DNA of 64,000 bases from assembly GCF_964194155.1 (NCBI RefSeq), contig NC_135885.1:57784001-57848000 (forward strand), read 5' to 3'. Shown here in pieces: positions 12,808 through 25,402 of the stretch. Numbering within the stretch: position 1 is the stretch's first letter; every line of letters begins with the position of its first letter. The position numbers and the translations under genes are program-made. This stretch comes from Cetorhinus maximus. Its lineage: Eukaryota. The notes under the pieces are model-generated. The model searched no databases. It was not told where the DNA came from and saw nothing but the letters and a program-made list of their open reading frames with translations.

Positions 12808-13812
12808 GTTCTAGCATTCCTGTGTTTTCCCCAGGTCAAACTCATTTTTACAACAACACCCAGGATCTAGTCCAGCCTAAATGCCTTCTCCTTTAAGAGG
12901 TGGCTTTAAATAGCGCAGGCTAACTTTAATTTATGCTAGCTTCTCATCATTTTTCACCCTCTGCTCAGGGGTGCAGCCACTCAACAGTGTGCTAACAGGG
13001 CTCCACACTACTGTTATTTAATCAAGCAGGCAGTTTACGCAACATTTAAAGTGATTGTCAGACACTTCTGCAAAGTTATTAAAATGTATAGGTTTTTGTT
13101 ATTAGAAATTTGACTGAAACACAACATCCATCCCAACTTGCATGTATGTGGTTATTGTAAGCAAAATCTCCAGCTTCGCAAAATAAGAGGTAAATAATGA
13201 GCAATGCAACCAAATTTAGATATTTTAACTGACTCAATAGTTCAATTTGGATAAGAATAGAATAATTAGTAAGGTAGCCATAATCAGAAAGGGAGTAGAC
13301 ATTAACTAGATCAGTGGCGCAGTGCTAATCAGGAAAGGGATGAGCAGCTGAAATTCCTGTCTATTCACGTTAGCAAAAAAAAAGTAGATTTGAATGTAAA
13401 GTAGTTGCCATTTACCTAAAGTTATTTTGCAAATATTAGTGAAGGCAGGAATTTCACCTGAAGATGATTAAGTCCATGAAATCATCAGCACAATAAAAGC
13501 AAATGATACTTAAGTGCAAATCAAAAGATTTGGTTAGAAATTCCTCTCTATTTCTAGCACTGCATTATCTAGGCATGGGAGGAATTTTAGGCAGAACCTG
13601 GTTCCACTGGGACCCTATGCATTTCCCACGTAATGCAAAGTTGAGATAGGAGGGATGTTAGGTGTTGCATACGTGTATTTAATATTATTTTCATTCTTCC
13701 ATTTACCTCTTCCCTTCTCACAGCCACATCACCAAATTCTAATAGCTGAATGCTGTCCCCCTTGGGCAGTACGGTCAAAGGTGTTTATGGTTATGGCTCC
13801 TTTCTCCCCTGG

Positions 13813-14095
13813 AGAAATACACAGGATAAACGGACAGAAACGTGCCATTCAGCCCAACCAGTCCATGCTTGGCTTTATGCTCACTTGACCCTCCCCCCAT
13901 CTTTACTCATCTAAATCTACTATCAACCATCTTATCAACCATCTATTCCCTACTCTTTCAGTTGCTTCTCTGGTTTCTCCTTAAATGCCTCTATACTGTT
14001 TGCTTCAACCACTCCCTGTGGTAATGAGTTTCACATCTTTATCACTCTTTGGGTGAGGAAGTTTCTTCTGAGTTCCTTATTGGATTTCTTGATGA
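13813..14095 (-). mobile_element. CR1 LINE 3' end
   Basis: Reverse complement resembles the CR1 3' coding and UTR sequence at 60200-60458. Confidence 0.7.
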
Positions 14096-14129
14096 AATCT
14101 GAATGGAATTCTCTTGTCGACTACAATTT

Positions 14130-14465
14130 AGAGCTTTTGAGTCAATAGTGGGACAAGTTCTGTGGGAAACAGGTGGCTGAGGTGTAAGTGTATTGTTTGC
14201 ATATGAGATTACCAGATATTATAGATGGGGAAGAGTTATGGGGAATGATGATCAAGCAATTGAAAAAAGGATTGCTGCTTTTGGAAGGGATTATGCAGGT
14301 AATCTGTGGCTTTTTTTGCGAGTCACCACAGGTCAATGAAGTGGATGTGCTAGTACCAGACCTTGATAATTCATCGGAATTGAGGGGTGAGGATCAAAAC
14401 AAGCAGATAAAGAATCACCGATTTAAGCAGGTAAATTTTGAAGGAAACTGGGGATATAGGGATAT
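14130..14465 (+). mobile_element. Degenerate CR1 fragment
   Basis: Endonuclease-region remnants joined to a 3'-end remnant (cacagatttaag-like). Confidence 0.45.
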
Positions 14466-15599
14466 TGATTGCTGAGGAAAGGAGGCCACTAAAATTACTC
14501 AGTAAGTTAAAATAATAAATACATACTGTGACCATATTGCAGTAAGAAACTAGGACATGGAAGAAGAAATAACGCAAAAGACAGTCACAGCAAAGATATG
14601 ACAGCACACAGATTGGAATTTTGTTACTCAAGAAAATCGATAGTGATGTGTATAATATGATGAGTTGTTTACCCAGAGCTAGAGTACCATGCATACAGGG
14701 GAGACTATAAAGGCTATGGAAGTGGGTGGGAAGAATTGTGGTGGTAGTACTGGTAGACATCAGTCGTATGTGAAGATTCTCAAAACTCAATGTGGTGTTC
14801 ACTTATAAACTTCCCCCCATCACCCCCCAAAACATTTATCTGAATCAACTGCTGGTGAGGCAATCATCCCAAATTGATCACCTGGTTATCATAGTTGTAT
14901 CCCACCTCCTGCAATTTCGTCTCACTTTTCTTTTATTTTTCACTTAATATTTTTCTCAACTTCCATATGTCATTTTGCTTCTGTGCTAAGTTTCTGGGAC
15001 TGAAACTAGCTTCTTTGGTACCTTTGAAGAATACCTTTCTCCCTTGACACAGCTGCTCACTCTGTATAGGTACTTTCTTTTTTCTGCAGACTCCTATATG
15101 ACTTGGCTAATTCAACTCAGGATCTCTGGCATTCATGGGTACTTGCCTGTGCTTCCCTTGCAAACTGGACTCTGTATCCCTATCTCAGTTCTGCCACTCA
15201 GCCTCTCACTTTCACTCCTCTCTTGATCCCACAGGTTGTACTCAGTTTGTTTTTTCTCTATATACTCTCATTGCATTTTCTTTCTGTCCTTTCAAGTTTT
15301 TAATGCTTCTCCTTTTCATCCTTTATTCCCTGTGGGAGCTTCCCACTCCTGATTTCCTGCACTCCAAAAAAAATGGACAGGTATCATGAGTACCAGCTTT
15401 TTCTCTTCTGGCTTTCCTCTTCTAAAATGTGTGCACAGCTGCTGTCATTGTCATACAAGGCTAGAACTATAATGGTGTAACAATTATTCCAGTTCACTTT
15501 CATCCATTTGATGAATGCTGGTTAGTACTTCCTGTTTATCCATTGTGGTGTTTGCATCACCGTGAGGAAGCAGACAAAGACCTACAAAACAAAATTATA

Positions 15600-16025
15600 T
15601 AAAATATTTAAAAACACAAATCAGTAACAGGTGAAATTCAGTATGGATTTAAGTGTGAAATACAGTACATGTGGGCAACCTACATATTATTTGGTGTTAA
15701 CTAATGATGAAGTTAATAGAGACCAAGAAGTAATCGACTTAGCTCTTAATTTGTCCAATAACTGGAGCAGCAATTAGCATAACAAAGAGATTCAGAGGGT
15801 GGCATGCTAAAACTGTACTGGTAATGTTGCACTGTGAGTACTGAGATCAGATTTGGTCATGGTTGACATTCGAGCCCTGGAGCAGTGCAGTGAAGAGTCA
15901 TGAGGCTAGTACCCTTGATGTCAGTGGAATGAGTTCTTATTTTAAACAAAAACTGTAAATCTTGGGTTGTTTAGCTTTGAAAAGAGATGGCTTAAAAGAG
16001 ATATCACTGAAGTATTTAGAATAGC
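15600..16025 (+). mobile_element. Highly degenerate CR1 3' fragment
   Basis: Remnants colinear with the CR1 at 59677-60150. Confidence 0.45.
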
Positions 16026-16552
16026 ATCAGAGGTATCAAAAATACTTTTTAATAAAGGATTAAACTGCTCATAACAGTTTCACATTCGTTGGTTATTTTT
16101 TTGTAAATGGTTAATAATCACACTCAAATAATTTTCTTTTAAGAGACATCTTCTCATTGTGTACCAGTGTTTCCTGTCACATTGTGCATTACTCCACATT
16201 CAAGTCCATTTGACTTTCCTTAGCTTATTTCACCTCTCAACAATTAATTGGACATGATCATTCTTTCTTTTGCTAGTCACTTGACCACGCAACTTTGTGT
16301 GATCAAAAAGTGTTATAATTTGAACAAAAACTCCTTTTATACCTTCTATGAACAGTATAAGCAGCAGAGGTCAAGAATAAAACCTATAAATTATTCAAGT
16401 TACTTTTCTCCTCCCCTTTCAACAAAAAATACATTAAGATAACACCTTTATATACAAATGTCACAAGGCATTTTCATAAACAGGAGAAATTAAGATGAAC
16501 ACTGATCAAGGGGGGAGAAAATTAGAATGCGTTACTGAAGGCTAGGTCAAAG

Positions 16553-16840
16553 ATAAAAAAAAATACGAAACACTCAGCAGGTCAGGCAACATCTGTGGAG
16601 AGAGAAGCAGAGTTAGCTTTTTAGGACAATTACTTTTCATCAGAACTGGAAGATGTTAGAGATGAACAGTCTTAAAGTAAGTGCAAAGCTCAGTAAAAGG
16701 AAGGGAGGTATAGAAAAAGTATGTGAAAGTGTGGAGAGCAGGAGTGATAAAATTACAAAAAGAGTGATGGCACAAGGCATAAGAGGATGGTAATGGGACA
16801 AGTAAAGAAACAAAGGATGGATCTAGTGGAAGAGTAAATA
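16553..16840 (-). mobile_element. PLE terminal-repeat fragment with a degenerate hammerhead
   Basis: actcagcaggtc.ggca.catctgtggagaga core is shared with 38160-38200; minus strand CCAGTT-CTGATGA is intact at 16637-16649, but stem II and GAAA are decayed. Confidence 0.75.
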
Positions 16841-17519
16841 GTTCCAGCAGATTGGCAAATAGAGGAGAAAAGCATGGAAAATCTGTCAAAGTGGAAAAGG
16901 GTCCGGTGGCCCGAGAGGATGGCAGAGAAAGGCGGGCAGACCCTAGAGCTGCAAAGCATTCCATCAGTCCTGTACCGATGGGAGATTCCCCACCCCAAGC
17001 ACCAACCAATACCACTGTCACTCAATGGCTCTGGTGCAGCCGCCTTCCATTATCAGAACGGGGAGTAGTTTGCACAAAGTGAGGTAGTTACCAGGAGTGA
17101 AGAATGAGGCATTTTGGATTGATGATGCAGGGAATTCAGCAACTGACCGTACACTAGACCTGATGAAAAGTTCCCAGGGAGGGGAAAAGACTTATCCAAT
17201 TTATCATAGGATATTGTTAAGGCAGTCAGAAAATGCTCATGTATTAACAATATTTTAAATCATTATTTAAAATATTACTAAATTAGGGATGCAGCATGGG
17301 GCAATGACATCAGATTTGTAAGAAGATTTTCTATGAATTACCATATGAAAGTAAGTTGTCCTGGCAAGGAGAATTAAAGAAATTGGGGCAAGGAGGCTTC
17401 CCGCTGAATTCAGGTGCATAAAATCAACCACAAACTTCGTCCTTCCTCCACTTTTCCAGATGCTGGTTGCTTGCCTGCCCCATTGCCTGTCAATTTCTTC
17501 TGTTCAATACAAGGAAGAA

Positions 17520-17846
17520 GGAGATCATCTTTTGGATGAGATATTAAACTGATACCTGGTCTGCTCCTTCAGGTGGACGTAAAATATCCCATGGTACTAA
17601 TTTGAAGAAGAACCTGAGGTGTTATCCCAGTGTCCTGGCCAATATTTATCTCTTAATCAACATCATAAAAAACAACTAAATTACCAGGTTATTATCATAC
17701 TGCTGTTTGTGGGAGCCTGCTGTGCACAAATTGGTTACTTTATTTCCAACATGGCAACAGTGACTACGCTTCAAAAAGTACTTCATTGGGTGTAAACTTT
17801 GAGACACCTTGTGGCCATGAAAGGTGCTATATAAATGCAAGTCTCT
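17520..17846 (+). mobile_element. Deu-domain SINE (SacSINE1/AmnSINE1-like), 5'-truncated
   Basis: gatgagatattaaac...aaatatcccatgg...gtgtcctggccaa Deu domain; tail ggtgctatataaatgcaagt. Confidence 0.8.
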
Positions 17847-19182
17847 CTAGGAGAGCGATGGAGGCAGGAGACAGAAGGAAGGATTTTCTTTGACTATTAG
17901 GAAGAAGAGCTTTGCAAATGTCTCTGAAACCCTCAATGTCTGTTCCTTGGCTGGTAGGAACATTCAATATCATCAGGGAAGTTTCCCTTTTTAAAATTAG
18001 CCCAATCCATTTTTATGTGCTGCAGTGAGTTTTCCATGGCTGCATGGTGTCATTTTCCTCCCCATAGCAGTAAACTTGCACCGAAGAGCGGCGATACCAC
18101 TGAGAGTCTGCTTTTTTATATGTAGTTGAACCTGATCCAGGAAAATGGGTTCAGGTCACACAGGAGGATCACCCTGATGTCAAACCAGCGGGTGAAACTC
18201 CTTCCCCAACTCATTTCTCATGGCAGTCTTTCCTTTAAGAAAAATCCCCTACCCATTTAAATCTCTACTAGTCTGTTCCAATAACAGGTAAACCACCAAA
18301 CATTAGAATTACTCATCCAAATGTTATCATGTGGCATCAAAGTCAAATAAACTAAAACCTATAATGTTTAATTTACTTACCCTTTTTCCTTACAAATCTG
18401 ATCAATTCTGAGATTTCAACAATTTTGTTGTCATTTACGATATATTAAGAAACAGTTTATTTTACAAATTGTGATGCTTTGAAGTCATGCTATCTTCTGA
18501 TATGTTTTGAACTTTGAAGATAGTTTTCTTAGCCATAGGAAGCAATGCAAAAAGTCTTCAACGTTTGTCTAAAATTGCTAAATTCACAAAATTAATTCTC
18601 AGCTTATAAAATTATCTCCTGTAAAATAAGACTTCTCTGTACAATTAAACTTGACTGAGTGAGATTAGGAATTTATTGACAACACTTCTGGCTAATAAAA
18701 ATCCCAAGTGTACTTGCTGCTGGAAATGTTAGTGAACATCTAATTAGTCAATTATTCCCTCATTTGTCCTATTTTATTATAAAGTGAAGTGTTACTATAA
18801 TTAGTGATCCCATACAGTATACTTGAAACCATGGAATGGAGAGGTAATGCATATAGAGATTCACAGCTGCAAAAAGGCTGAAAATTTAAGTTGGAAAAAA
18901 ATGGTTTCCTGTTCTTTTCATAGACTAATTGGTAATTTAGTCTTCAGATCAATAGATGACTTCAACAAAATATAATTTTGATGGCCCTGCTAATAGTTCA
19001 GTTTATTCACAAAATAATAATGTGCATGAAAGAACCATCTTATGGAGTTTCTCATGTTCCTATCCTTGAGATTACATTGTTACACTGTAAAGAAATGTAA
19101 TATGCAGTGCTTATAAACATATATCTCAATACAGCCACATGGGTTTTGCACTGTACCACTTTTTCTGGTTTTGGTTGTACAG

Positions 19183-19353
19183 GACCGTCCAGCCATGCAG
19201 TTGTACCAACCTGGAGCACGTTGCCGAACTCGTCTAGGATCTGGTGGAAAAGCATATGATTGTTGCAGTAAATCCTCTGAAGACAGCATAGAGAGAAAGT
19301 ATGAAGATGATAGCTCTGTTGGAGCTTGTTCTGAGAAGAGTTGTGAAGAATGA
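19183..19353 (+). CDS. UPF3A: UPF3A last coding exon, DRPAMQLYQPGARCR...KSCEE*
   Basis: Pyrimidine-rich acceptor ending gtacag|; UPF3 C-terminal EJC-binding motif; TGA ends at 19353. Confidence 0.93.
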   Translation, partial: DRPAMQLYQPGARCRTRLGSGGKAYDCCSKSSEDSIERKYEDDSSVGACSEKSCEE

Positions 19354-20970
19354 AAGAGCACCAATTATGGTTATCAGTTGAGCAGAACACTTGTTACAGC
19401 ATGAAGACAGATATATGCACAAAGCATCACAATGTATAAAAGCCATCTCAGTGCTGTTTTGAGTTATCTGGAATTAATAAAAGCACTATAATTTAATGTT
19501 AGCAATTTGTCAACTATAGATCGTCCAGTTTAGTAAAGTAGATAAAAGGTAGACTATATGCAAAGTGAAATACCGTAAAGTAAATTAAATTTATTTTTGC
19601 ACCATTTATATGAAGTAGCGTCCTGATTTGCTGATGGTAGAAGTGGCTAATGGTAGCACCAATCATTTTGGATAGTTTCATTAGGCCAGGTAGAGGATGT
19701 GTGTTAAGATTTGGATACTAATGGAACATTAGTAATTTTTAGAATATACTGGTAACAATGAGATTTGACTCAAGTTGCATGCATGTGATTCAAGTGCCCC
19801 TTGTTGGAATGATGAGTCCAATTCAGCAAATCTATGACCGTTTCTCAATATGTTTGACCCATGAGAACACAAAGGATACAGGTATGTTGTTTTCCTGTTG
19901 ATGTGAAATGATTTTCACATCACATGTGAAAATTCATTGATGCAGAAGTGACGGTACAACTCAGGAGTCAGATCCTGATCTGGCTGTGAAACATACTGAA
20001 GCACTGAGGTGCCATTTTGTACTGGTTTAATCACATTTGCTGCTTTATAACTTCAACCTAGTGTAAAGTAGCACCTTAAAAGTACATGGGCATTTCAAAA
20101 CTTAATGCATAACATTATGTTATTTGCCCAAACACAAATATCTGGTGCTTCTTTGTGACTGACCTCATCATAGCCCACAGGGTTAGGCATTTGGCAATAT
20201 AATTATCCCACTGCCTGCAGATTCACTTCACAATTATCAGTCTGAGACCAATAGCTGCAATATAACTTCAGCTTAAGATTCACAATCAACTTTAAGCCTT
20301 TGGAAAAAGATTAGGGTAGAAGATGGAATAGCATTTGAGCTGGCTGATTATTCCATTTTCATGATTCTCTTGTCATGCGAATTTGGAAAAAGACACACAA
20401 AAAGCACAAGTTCCATCTTTATTTAAAAGCATGTTAATATTTTGAAACACCTTCAAGGTGGTTGTGAAACATCAAAAATGGTGATTTTTGAACTTCAGTT
20501 GGATAATCTTGTGCTGTATTGCTCCACAATTACCCTTATTACAGAAATACTTGTGCCATCATCGTGCATCTTGGTTGCTGCTTTTATGCAATGCCTGTAA
20601 TTCTTAGATTTCATTTGGCAGTATGGAGTTTGTATTATCAAATTAGAAATAGTTAGGTATTCTGTTTGAAAGTTTGTTGGTATTCTGTTTTTAATATCAA
20701 CCATCTCCTACTCTTGTTGGAAATACATTCTATACATGGTATTGTTTATCAGTAAATTTGTAATTGGACAGCTAAATTGCATAGCTGTTTTAAGGTGTAA
20801 ATATGTGATATGTAAATTATTTGTTCCATAATGGACACTTAACTTATTTTTGTTCGATTCATGAGAATAGGTGTGTCTGTGAAATAATTAAATGATATGA
20901 TGATGAATCTGCTTCCACGAAATATTTGTTTATGGAGAAATGAATTAAATAAAAACTTTTGGAAAATCTA
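19354..20970 (+). other. UPF3A: UPF3A 3' UTR with candidate poly(A) signals AATAAA at 19476-19481 and 20948-20953
   Basis: AT-rich stretch with no recognisable repeats after the stop codon; the distal signal overlaps an ATTAAA. The end point is inferred. Confidence 0.6.
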
Positions 20971-21140
20971 ATTTTTAGGCAAGATTTTAGGAATGTCAAT
21001 TGCTACTGAACATCCATTTCCAGTTCAGCATACCTGTGGGTATATTATGCTCTGAAAAATATATTAACAATATATATGTTGTTAAGCTGGGGAGGTTTTT
21101 AGTGAAAATGATTTTTAACTTGCACACTAAAATAGACCTT

Positions 21141-24007
21141 GGCCAGGATTTTCCATGCCCGCCAGCATTAGGTATGTTCAGTGGCGTGAGTGGAAAATAT
21201 GGCTGATGGCAGGCTGCGTTTTCTGCCATCGGATGTCAGGAACTTCATTGTAATGCATTAGCATATCATTATTCAGCCTGCCCTCTGGAATCGTTACCCC
21301 CTCGCTGGATCGTCTGCCCACATCAGCGGGAAAACACGCCAGTGTAGAACACATCTTGACAAGTGTGACGTGCAGAAGTCAGGACTTACCTACCAGGGCC
21401 TTGCTCACATCGTGGACATCTAAGTAGCAAAAGATGCTGGAGCCCAAAAGCAATGGCATACTGGAGGAAAGTCTATGGCATGCTGGGTAGATTCTCATGG
21501 ACATGGCTCTGCTGCGAAGCAGTTCACGGAAGTGGATAGTCACTGTTGAGGGTCTGCTCACAGCGGATGATGGTCAAGGGGGTGGGAGAGGAAGAGGTGT
21601 CGGGGGGGTAAGGTTGGGAGGGGGGGAATGAAGCTGTCAGGGCGAGGTTGGGGGGTAGGGAGAACGGGGGAGGAGGGCATATCGGGGGAGAAGACAGAAA
21701 CTGGGGAGCTAGGTGTGAAGAGGGGTGGAAGGTATAAGGGAAGTAGTGCGGAGATGCAACGGTGTCCGGGGAGGAGGATGGAGTCAGGAAGGGGATAGGA
21801 GTAAGGCTGGAGGAAGGGGTCGGAGAGGGGGACTAAGCGGGTGGGGGAGGGAGGGAAGACCAGTGGGGGGCTTGGGAGGACTGTGGGGCAGGGGGGTGCA
21901 GGGAAGGGGTGTGAAGGGGGGAAAGGTTGCAGAGAGGAGAGATGTGCAGGCGAACATGCACTGGAAGGCTCGGATAGGTCCATGTCTACCTCCTGAGGAG
22001 CAAACAGGGTGGGTGTGGTACAGAGGAAGGGTGAGAATGACCAAGGGCTGAGTGAGGGGGTAAGGGGGGTGGGGGGTGAAGGTTCAACAATAGGGATAGA
22101 GAGGACGTTGAGGGTGCTTAGTGGGGACATGGAGGTAGACACAGACCCTGGGGATGGGAAGGAGGTGGTCAGGGACCTGGATGGGGGTGCAATTTTCAGG
22201 AAGGAAGGGGACGTGCACATTCACCTCGATAACCCCGAAGGAAAAGGGTTGTGGCTGGAGGTCACAGAGGGGAGGTGGAAGGTGATGCCCGGGGTGGGGG
22301 GGTCAACTGTGATGAGGGAAAGGAAATGAGTGACTGGGGGTGGGGAAAAGATGGGGGAGCGCACAATACAATGAAACCAGACCATGCTTGCTAAATCGAA
22401 AGCGAAACAAGAGTCATGGGCGAAATCAGATGTTGCATGGGTGTGTGATCATTGGATGGGCGGAAATGTAGGCCAGCTCGGTGGACAACTGAAAGAGAAC
22501 CCCAGAAGGCAGCATTCAAAATGTTCGGGACATTGAGAAACTAGAAGGATTCACTTGCGTGTGAGAGCGCTTGCACAAGGCTCCAAAAGGCCCAGCCCCA
22601 CACACACTTTTCCCTCCAGAATCAGTCATGGGCCAGCTGCTCTCTCTGCGGTGACAGAAGGATGAGGTTGAGCAGGTCACAGGCAAAGGGCACTTGGAGG
22701 GAGAGGACAGCCTCTCAGATTCCTCAGTGAATGACTCGGGCAACCAGTGTCGCTCCTCCTCCCTTCGGGTGCTCGAGGTGCCCCGTTTCCCTCTCACGTT
22801 GCCAACACAGGAACCCATCCATAGTTACCACGTTGGAGTGCAAGTCTGAGCGCATCTCTGCATTCTGCTGGACCAGGGTCTCCTTGGTGTCCGCCATCCT
22901 CCCCATGGAGACTCTCATGCACGCACATGTGGGCACCACTGCATCAGAGACCAGGCAGGCGCACTCCTCCAACTCACATGCCACTCTGTTGAGGGCTTTC
23001 AACAGCTCTGCATGATGTTCCCCACCTTCTGCTGACTCTACAGGATGAGTTGGAAGCCAAATACAGAGGTTCATTATCTGACTCGGACCTCACAGATGCC
23101 TCCTCCCCAACAGTCCTCCGACTGCTGGGGAGCTCGGCTGAACAAGCCTCCTCTTGCTGCAAACGCGTACCTGTGTGGTGACCACCGGATTGTGAACCAG
23201 AGCCTGCTCTAGATCTAGGTCCCACCAGGGCGTATGTCTCTGGAGGTTCAGGGCGTTGATAAGCACTGTGACAGGTCTTCCGGGCTTTTCCACCTTTTCA
23301 CTGGAGGAAGTGTCCTCTTGGCTGCAGATGAGGACCTGGATGGAGCTGAGCTCCAGAGCATAAGAGCCTGATGGAGATGCAAGGGTGTGTGTGAGAGTTA
23401 GTGGCGTGGTCCCTTGAGGTGTGAGATCCCTGTGGATGTGTGGTGGATTTGAGTGTGTGTGAGTTGAGAGTGATGAGAAGACTGAGTTACCATGGCAGAA
23501 CGGATGAGACCTTTCAGCCTGTAGTGGCACTGGGTGGCTGTCCTCTTTTGCAGGGCATTGGTGCTGACTGCTGCTTACATCGCCTGCCATGCTGGATTGA
23601 TGATGCCCCTTCCCATCTTGTGGTCAAAGCGGGGGTAGCGGACATCACAGCAGGCCTCCATGGCTTCCAACTGGCATTCCAGTGACGCGTCATTAAACCT
23701 GGGGGCTGCAGTCTTATTGCCTTTCGTGGGCATACTCCCTGCAGTAGTCGCGGGTTGAAGCGCTGAGATATGTGCACGCAGCTGGACTTTAAATATGGCG
23801 CCCGGCGTGCTGAAGCGGTGAGGTGATGGCATTGCGAGTGATTGAGAGCCCGCCAGCCATGGAAACGCTGTGTTTCCTAGGAACGCATAAGTAATGCGGC
23901 GGGTTTCAGACAATACGGCATGAAAATCTGCCATTGTGCCTGGCCGGTAAAACTCATTTTACCCATCCGCTACTGCACTTATTGCAAATCTGGAGTGATT
24001 CCGCCCC
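21141..24007 (-). mobile_element. Non-autonomous Harbinger derivative retaining only the Myb/SANT-like gene
   Basis: Imperfect TIRs GGCCAGGATTTTCC / GGGGCGGAATCACTCC; right end followed by TAA; no transposase motifs seen. Confidence 0.75.
23491..23733 (-). pseudogene. Myb/SANT-like DNA-binding domain exon of the Harbinger derivative
   Basis: MPTKGNKTAAPRFNDASLE...AWQAM*AAVSTNALQKRTATQCHYRLKGL, followed by a GTAACT donor; one in-frame stop. Confidence 0.8.
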
Positions 24008-25402
24008 TAATTTTTCAATGATACCCTTTGTTTAAAGATTAGAACCACATCTGCCATTCTTCTGGGTTTTCCATATTTTTATTATAATGCCTCTCCTTTT
24101 TAAACCTGGTCTTCCTAACAAGATTATCTGTTTATATTTGAGAGAAGAAAATTTTAAGTATTTTTTCATAACATTTTGAAAAATTACGATTGAGAAAGGG
24201 GAGCTCTGCTGCTTGCAAATTCCATTTGATTCTCAAGTGTTTCCTACTGAAAGATGGGTGATGGACAAGACAGTGATTAATGAAGAGTGACTATGTCGAA
24301 TCCGGTTTCTACTGAATGAGAACTTGGAATTTATGTTAGTGATTTCCCCAGATTGCATTGACCATTTGTGCCCATTTACAATTACTATTTCATAATGATT
24401 GAATCAATGCAATCCTGTTTTTAGTACTTGGAATGATGATTTATACTTGTGTTTTTTGATCCTGAGATTCCGTTCTCTTTTCCATGAAAACCACAAATCA
24501 GCAGGCTTAGTGATGGATGTCATATGGAGAAAAAAATTTAAAAGATGTATAGATACAAAATACTAAATTATTTGTGATTAACAAAAACTGTGCCAACCAC
24601 TTTTAAGCACATGCCCATTTAATTTGCCTTAATTTTAATACACAAGTACACACACAGTAAGTATTTCCATTTTCATCTGTGGTGAGGCTGAACTGTGAGG
24701 AATTTTGTGATTATGGTTCAAGTCCATTAGGAGCTAGGTGGAAAAAAATCTAAATGATATTTAAAAAAAGTGAAACTGGAAATAAATTTTTGAAATCAAA
24801 CTAGGAAAATGCATGCTACAAATCAGAACCAAATTTAAATTATTCAAATAACCTGATTAGAGTACATTGCCGAGATTCCAAATTCCTACTTATAATGCTT
24901 TAATGTGTCCAAGTATAAGGATTCTATTTCACCATTCTGAAACTATTAGGTAAAGTTCAAAATGAGAATAGTCCATTGATTGCATCAGGTTTGTTCCTTC
25001 CATTGGTATAGATAATTTGCTCCATGCTGGACTCTTTACACTTATTTAATCTTCTGAGGGAGGTAACTAGCCACAAGCAAAACATCCAAAAAGGTGAAAT
25101 TCCATAATTTTATCCTTATTTCCAAAGGTCCAGTTCCAAAGGATCCACTCTGACATTACAGATGAAATGATTAATGTCTTTACTGATTGCATTCCACAGC
25201 TGACTAGTTCCAGAGCACAAGAATTGATGATCCAGAATCTCCTGGAACATCCCATTGTAACTATAGTTAAGAATAGATTTGTAATGTTTCTACCCAAGGA
25301 CATTAATGCATTACTGATTTACACCAGTTTTATGCAACAAGATCACTGAATTTCCTTGATAATTTGCTCTTCTCCAGAGTCACGATTGCCAAATCCTCCT
25401 TA

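Larger units (their letters stand above)
9700..13045. mobile_element. Decayed two-gene PIF/Harbinger transposon (convergent transposase and Myb/SANT-like gene) in the UPF3A last intron
   Basis: HARBI1-like DDE remnants on + and a Myb-like ORF start on -; termini not resolved. Confidence 0.8.

Noticed and set aside
16605-16650. Functional hammerhead at this terminal-repeat copy (also 35950-35990 and 43762-43790)
   Set aside because: GAAA, stem II or the CUGANGA box is mutated or missing; these are relics only.
190-19353. Calling the gene UPF3B because of its C-terminal motif
   Set aside because: LLEYIKNKKLEKQ, RELEKKRLREEEK and SCCPG match UPF3A rather than UPF3B.
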